DNA of 64,000 bases from Octopus vulgaris. Taxonomy: Eukaryota. A program made the position numbers and the translations under genes. The stretch covers positions 147,188,001-147,252,000 of the forward strand of contig OX597816.1 in NCBI GenBank assembly GCA_951406725.2. Reading direction: 5' to 3'. Shown piece by piece: positions 57,039-64,000 of this stretch; the first letter of the stretch is position 1, and the number at the start of each line of letters is the position of its first letter. Under the pieces are notes generated by a model. The model saw only the letters and a list, made by a program, of their open reading frames with translations. It did no database searches and was not told the origin of the DNA.

Positions 57039-57929
57039 TATGGAAATGGAAGGGGTGATAGATTGTCCTTTTATTTGCTAACAAAAAACAACGTAATCTA
57101 AAAACAGTGAACATTTTTAAAAAATTTCATTAATCCCCCACCCCTTCTCAATTCCCCTGTCTATTCTAGAATTTCGGGGTTTTTTTCGAAAATTTTTGTT
57201 TTTAACATTCCGAAACTGCAATTTGTTTTTGCTTATAATTGCAAAATAATTTTCAGGCGAAGAGGGATGTGATTTAAGGGATATTTAGCTGGGGGGTTTT
57301 TTCTCGGCGCATCGCACGATTACTGGGTGTAACTTCCTCGTTCTCTGACGTGCATTGGTTTTTTTCAATAATTTTCTCCCAATCAACACATTTTATGGAA
57401 TGATGATGTGGAGGTGCTTTGTTGGGATTTAAGCAACAAAAAATTGGAATTTTAGATTTAGGTTGTATGTGTGTGTGTGTGTGTGCGTGTGTGTGTGTAT
57501 TTGTGTGTGCGTAAGAAAATATATTTACTAATCAAAATGTATAATATTAAATGAAACTTTTACACATCGTTTCCTTAATGAAATTCCATACACATACGAA
57601 TACGCAAACACGCACTCACACACACACGCACACACAACTCACATACATACTCACATACACACACATACACTCGCATGAGCGAAACACTTTTAAGGACTGT
57701 GAGAGAGACTGTGGTAAATATATATATATATATAGAAAGAGAGGGTGAAAGTTTAAATTGAGAAAAGCGAAAAATGAAAGATATGCACAAATAGAGAGGG
57801 AGATAGAAGAAAGAGAGACAGTGAGAGAGGGTGAGATATATTTTTTTTTGTTTCTGTCATAGGTTTTAAAATCTTAATCTTAAGTAAAATCTTCCAAATC
57901 TGTTATAATGATGCACTGCTTTACACAGA

Positions 57930-58617
57930 AAGGGGCATAAACACACCAATATCGGTTGTCAAGAGATGGTGGAGGGACAAACGGACACACAAATGCATAC
58001 ATAAATATGTATATATACAACGGGCTTCTTTCAGTTTCGGCTTACCAAATCCACTCACAAGGCTTTGGTAGACCCGAGACTATAGTAGAGGACATTTGCT
58101 CAAGTTGCCACGCAGTGGGACTGAACCCGGAACCATATGGTTGGGAAGGAAGCTTCTTATATCTTTACTATCCATAAGGGGCTACACATAGAGGGGACAA
58201 ACAAAGACAGAAAAAAATGGATTAATCGAGTATATGGACCCCAATGCGTAACTGGTTCGTATTTAATTGACCCCGAAAGGAAGAAAGGCAAAGTCGACCT
58301 CGATGGAATTTAAACTCAGAACGTAGAGACAGACGAAATACCTATTTCTTTACTACCCACAAGGAGCTAAACACAGAGAGGACAAACAAGGACAGACAAA
58401 CAGATTAAGTCGATTACATTGACTCCAGTGCGTAACTGGTACTTAATTTATCGAGCCCGAAAGGATGAAAGACAAAGTCGACCTCGGCGGAATTTGAACT
58501 CAGAACGTAACGGCAGACGAAATACTGCTAAGCATTTCACCCAGCGTCTTAACGTTTCTGCCAGCTCGCCGCCTTCTTGGGAAGGAAGTTTCTTACCACT
58601 CAGCCACTCCTGTGCCT
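57930..58617 (-). mobile_element. SINE family A interrupted in its head by a SINE B dimer
   Basis: Head GGCACAGGAGTGGCTGAGTGGTAAGAA at 58617-58590 continues at 58159 downward. Confidence 0.85.
58160..58576 (-). mobile_element. SINE family B head-to-tail dimer with 19 bp TSD
   Basis: Full monomer 58575-58343 plus a 5'-truncated monomer 58342-58160. TSD TTGGGAAGGAAG(C/T)TTCTTA at 58141-58159 and 58577-58595. Confidence 0.88.
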
Positions 58618-61579
58618 ATTTATTCCAGAAAGATTTTACAGAGGTTTAAATTTTGACCATTTTACCCAAAACAGAAAACAGGATTTTGTGTATGATAGCT
58701 GTGCATCATCAATTGGAAGTAAACCTTAGAAGACAAATTTGTAGATAAAATGAAAACAATGAAATGCGTGAGAGCTAACACATATACTGACAAAGACAGA
58801 GAGAAAGAGAAGAGAGAGAGAGAGAGAGAGAGTTAAAAAGTGTAATAATTATATACAGAGAGGAGAAGACGTAAAAGAGATAGCTTGATGCTGCCAGGTA
58901 GAGAGTGGGAGACATGTCGATCAAAAAAGTTGAGTTATCTCTCGCAGGAATTTATATTTTTCTTATTATTACGGACAACCATCCACTTGGGACGCAGATT
59001 TGGAAGGTTTTCACGAGGGCTCACTGTTTCATACAATTTCGGCGCTAAACACTCATACATCAACAAACACTCTCATATATTAACATATATATATATATAA
59101 TAGATATAATGTATTTTATATGTGTATGTGTGTGTAGGATGTGTGTTTTGCGCACCTGGATATATACGCATGTTTGTGTGTGTCCAAGTATGTTAGGTTT
59201 CCGTCAAATTTATGAAACATATTTTACTTATTAATTCTTGATGTTTATACTCCTCAGTTCATCAGACTCTCAAAATTATATCCTCGTTATCTGAATAAAA
59301 CGATAATCACGATGTTTTGTTGTCTGGTTTTCAACAAAAGATCGTGTGATATAATATCATAATTTAGAAAATTTAATAGCCGACTATAAAAATGTCTATA
59401 ATAAGCCTTTGCTTTTGGCTTCTTTCATGGTCTAGTTTTCTTATGTAAGTCTGCTGATTTTTAGTTTGCATTTGGCTGTTAATGACGTTTTTATTATTAA
59501 TCGTGTAGCGTTCATTTGTGTAATTATATATATATAGGATGCTATACATCAGTTAACATTTTAAATCTAGTTTTACTAAGTTTATACTATAAACTACTAT
59601 GACATTGTTGAAAATGCTTGGTCCACAAAATTGAAATTTCATAATATCTTCTGACACACATGTAAAGCGTATTCGCACTCATTATGGTTTAACTGTAACA
59701 GTGAATGCGTAAATGGTGCTGAAGCAAATACATAGAAGCTATATGTACGTGATTACGATCAAGCAGAATAGAGAATATGATGAACAATGATCTAGATACT
59801 TATACAGCTTAATACGCCTTGCTTTTCAAGAGAACTGAAAATGGAAGAGCACAACCAGTTCATTCTCTTCTAAGTTGTTTTGTCCATGACCTGGCTGGAA
59901 CTAGAGGGACAACATTGGTGACGTTGATAAGATACTCAGAGTGCTAAAAAGACAGAGAACGAGAGAGAGAGGGAGAGTGTGTGTGATAGAGAGAGACAGA
60001 GAGAGAGAGAGATAGACACACAGACAGACAGACAGAAAGCACATATTTATGCGCGCGTGCCTGTTTATGTGTGCCTGTGTATGTGTGCGTGTTTGTGTGT
60101 GTGTTTGTGTGTGTGTGAAGGGCAAGCAAGACTGAAACCGGTGAAAAATCGGTGAATTAAGAGATGTTACCCGGCCTGTGTTCAATATAAACATCTGTAG
60201 TAAGATTACAACCGAAATAATAAATCATAACCCCTCAAAATTTAGAGAGGAATGATTGGAAAGGCATTTACAGATGGGGGTTTGTGTATGAGACATAATA
60301 GATATGATATGATTGTTGAATAACAAATTGCAGAAAAGAGTGGGGCAAAAGATGAATGCAACATGCGAAATCTGTAAAGCATAAGCCATTCTTGTGACTC
60401 TAGAAACAGCCTATATTTAGGATTGTTGCCGCAGCATGTTAAAAAGTATTTCACAGACAGGTAAAAAACGTTCTAATGCCTATAAACAAATACACTCTTG
60501 GTGCCCAGTATTTATTGACAGGTATAACAGATTGGGAGACTTTTTACACCCAGTCACACCATCACACTAAGCGGCAAGCCTTTTATCTGTTCTTGATGTT
60601 TGCTAGTAGATTTGACTCTATTTCCGTGATAAAATCACTTTTAAAACAAGCCTCGTTTCACATAATACATTGTTTATTCCACAAGCCTGCACCAATGGAA
60701 ATGTTGCATTTTGCTATAGAAATACATGCTTTAGTTCCGTTAGCATAAGTTGGTTACAATTCTGAAAACGGACTAGTCTAATTAACGATACACACCTCTC
60801 GTTCATTCTCCACATGAATTATCGGAAATGAAATGAAGTTTATACCATTTATGCAACTGAATACATTTGCTATAAAATACTTTGGTAAACATTGTGCAAT
60901 TATCTTCAATGTAACTATTAGATAATATTTTCACCCGATATTCTAATATCTTTATTTGGTATTAGTACATTTAACAGCGTATAGCTAATGCTTCCTTCCA
61001 GTAGATGTTCTTACTTTTGGGGTATAGATCCATCCTACAGCTTTCAGCTATCGAAATTGTGATTACATTTATAGTTGGAGTTAATCTTTATACTCTTTTG
61101 TCGAAAACCTGTAATGTGGGATTTGGAAAAAAATAATTTCTTAAATAAAATAGGAAATATCTACCAATGTTTGATTTTCAAACTTAACGCCGATCTTAAC
61201 CAGTTAGGCTTCATATTACACTTTCTTCTGTTTTTTTTTTATTTTTACTATTCACTATTTTTTTCTTCTAGAACATATTCTGCTTCTTTTATAAATATCC
61301 TATTCAACTGAGAACATTGAAATGGCTTGTTGTGAAAGGCAGAGTCGGAAATGTTCCTTCTGTGGTAGGGAAATTAGTACAATATTCTCATGTAGCCTTA
61401 CAAATTGCTAATGATGTAAATATAAAGACCTAAGCATATATGCCAGTTAAAGAATGATATGCAATTATAAAAATGTATAGGAAATTCTCTGACTCAACAT
61501 CTCTCCCTCTTCCACTCTCTCTCCTCTCTCTCTCTCACCTTGCATATGTATATATACGTACACACGCACACACACACAG

Positions 61580-61614
<35 letters not shown>

Positions 61615-61763
61615 CACAAATATACACACACATTCACATATATATGTATATTCTTTTAGTCTTTACTTCTGCCACTCATTAGACTGCGATCATAATGGGA
61701 CACCATACATGAAGAATTTGTTCGCTTCCTATCAATGTAATTGAGAAGCACACTACTCATGTA

Positions 61764-61813
<50 letters not shown>

Positions 61814-61929
61814 ACGATGAAGACTACGTATGAATGTTCAACTTTTGTCGAAAGACCTGCACAAATGATTCCTTTGCACTGATCAAATGTTCGTTTCGCA
61901 CATTAGCATACTCTCTCCATCAAATCGAC

Positions 61930-62045
61930 GTTGTCCGAAATAGTGCATTGCTGAAAAACACAACGTAATAGCCAGTCTAAGTATTGAAACCACGATCTTA
62001 CAATCGTGAGTCCAACTCCCTTACCACTAGGCGATGAGCCCTCAC
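61930..62045 (-). mobile_element. Degenerate family-C-related SINE head
   Basis: GCCTAGTGGTAAGGGAGTTGGACTCACGATTGTAAGATCGTGGTTTCAATAC on the minus strand. Confidence 0.6.
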
Positions 62046-62081
62046 ACACTCACATACACATATATACATATACACACACAC

Positions 62082-62147
<66 letters not shown>

Positions 62148-62157
62148 TTATGTATAT

Positions 62158-62477
<320 letters not shown>

Positions 62478-63073
62478 CGAATGAAACTATACAGTGTGCA
62501 TTTTACATTGTACGTCGGTCAGAATTGGTTTCTTGCTTATATCGGGAGGAAACAAAAGGTAATTTTAAAACGTAATTAAGAAATATTGTTAAAGTATGAG
62601 GAAGCAGTATAAATGGGATGAGACCAGAACATGAAAATGAAGAGAGGGGATAGAGAGAAAGAGAGAGATAGGATGGGTGGTCGAAGTGGGAGAGGTGGGG
62701 ATGAAAGGACAGAAACACGATGAAATCAAAGGAGATGGAGAATTGGAAAAAAGGAAGTAGGAAGGTAGAGGAATAAAGCTAAACGAACAGTTGGAAGGAA
62801 GAAAGAAGATACTATATACAATTATTAGTAAACCCATAGTCACCAGTATCAAGTTACAACTGATTGATGAAAGAATATTGCAGATTAGTACTACCGACTA
62901 AATTAAAAAGACAAAAGGTATGAGGACAGGCTAAACACATTTACTACGACTTTAACTAATGGCGACATGAAAATAATGTAAAATAAATTTTAAATAATAC
63001 CAGTATATGTATATATAAAGATATATGCATATATACACGTATATATGTGCATATACAGCTATATGTGTAATAT

Positions 63074-63135
<62 letters not shown>

Positions 63136-63264
63136 GTATGCATGTATGTATGTATGTATGTATATCTATAAATAAATAGATAACAACAGAAGGATAATAT
63201 ACCATTTATGTACAGGTGTTTCCAAGGAATTTGTAATTGATTAATGGAGACATTACATTATTTG

Positions 63265-63312
<48 letters not shown>

Positions 63313-64000
63313 TGAGTAGTTAAGGAATATACTGGCGATCAGCACATCAGCCACTCATGCAGGAATCTGGCTAGCATAGTGTTTAAATACTCGAAGGCTG
63401 ATTAGTTATAATTCCTTCAATTTTAAAATGGAGAACTTCACCAATATATGACAATTATATAGAAATAGCATGCCATTATCCTAACAAAGTGAATAATGAT
63501 TGATTTAATTGACGGAAAGGGAAGTCAAATCTTTGTTACTTATGTTTCGATAAATGAACGCAATTTATTTCATATTACATAGAAAATTATTTAATTCACT
63601 TATTCACACGTAATTTGAATTACAATCAACTTATGAGAGAAAACAAAAATGTGGGATGAATTTTCATTGCTTCAAAATGTATCATCTTCTATACTATACT
63701 ATCCGTCAGAAAAGATATAAGATTATTAATCAACGTAGCATACATACTACATTTCAAATCATCTCCCTCTCAGTGATAACTCAGTCATAGAATAAGTTTG
63801 GCGATATTTTATCATCTTAACTGACAAGCCAGATAGTAGTCCCTGCTAATATTTTCTCATTATATGCTGGTTGTTTTACACTGCGTTCTCCAGATATGTA
63901 GTAAAAGTAACGCCATTCTTATGGGGTTTCGTAATGGAAGATTGCATGTGGATTTTTAGTTGGTTTTACGCTTAATATGTCAAAATACTGTTGTATTAAT

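Overview
AT-rich, repeat-dominated animal genomic DNA. The tRNA-derived SINE families and huge (TA)n-derived microsatellites suggest a cephalopod such as Octopus (inference). The only credible host gene is an intronless two-HMG-box (HMGB-like) gene on the minus strand (2152-2751) with its own TATA/Inr/polyA signals. The rest is mobile DNA. A young ~4.8 kb CR1/L2-group LINE ('family A') occurs as two full-length copies in opposite orientation plus two 3' fragments; its ORF1 is unusual (Myb/SANT-like + polyQ + two CCCH fingers) and its endonuclease and RT are split by the same frameshift in both copies. Related LINEs B and C sit in (TA)n arrays, and an older relative D does not. There is also a Tx1/L1-type fragment fused in frame to a Penelope-like fragment, several Penelope-like remnants with hammerhead-ribozyme motifs, and Tc1/mariner and pogo-like remnants. 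Of three SINE families, two have 3' tails matching LINEs in this window (one matches the Tx1 element). Two TA arrays show mirrored, fold-back structure. The long Y/I/M/C-repeat ORFs in the track are microsatellite artefacts. All family names come from motif recognition by eye, not database searches.
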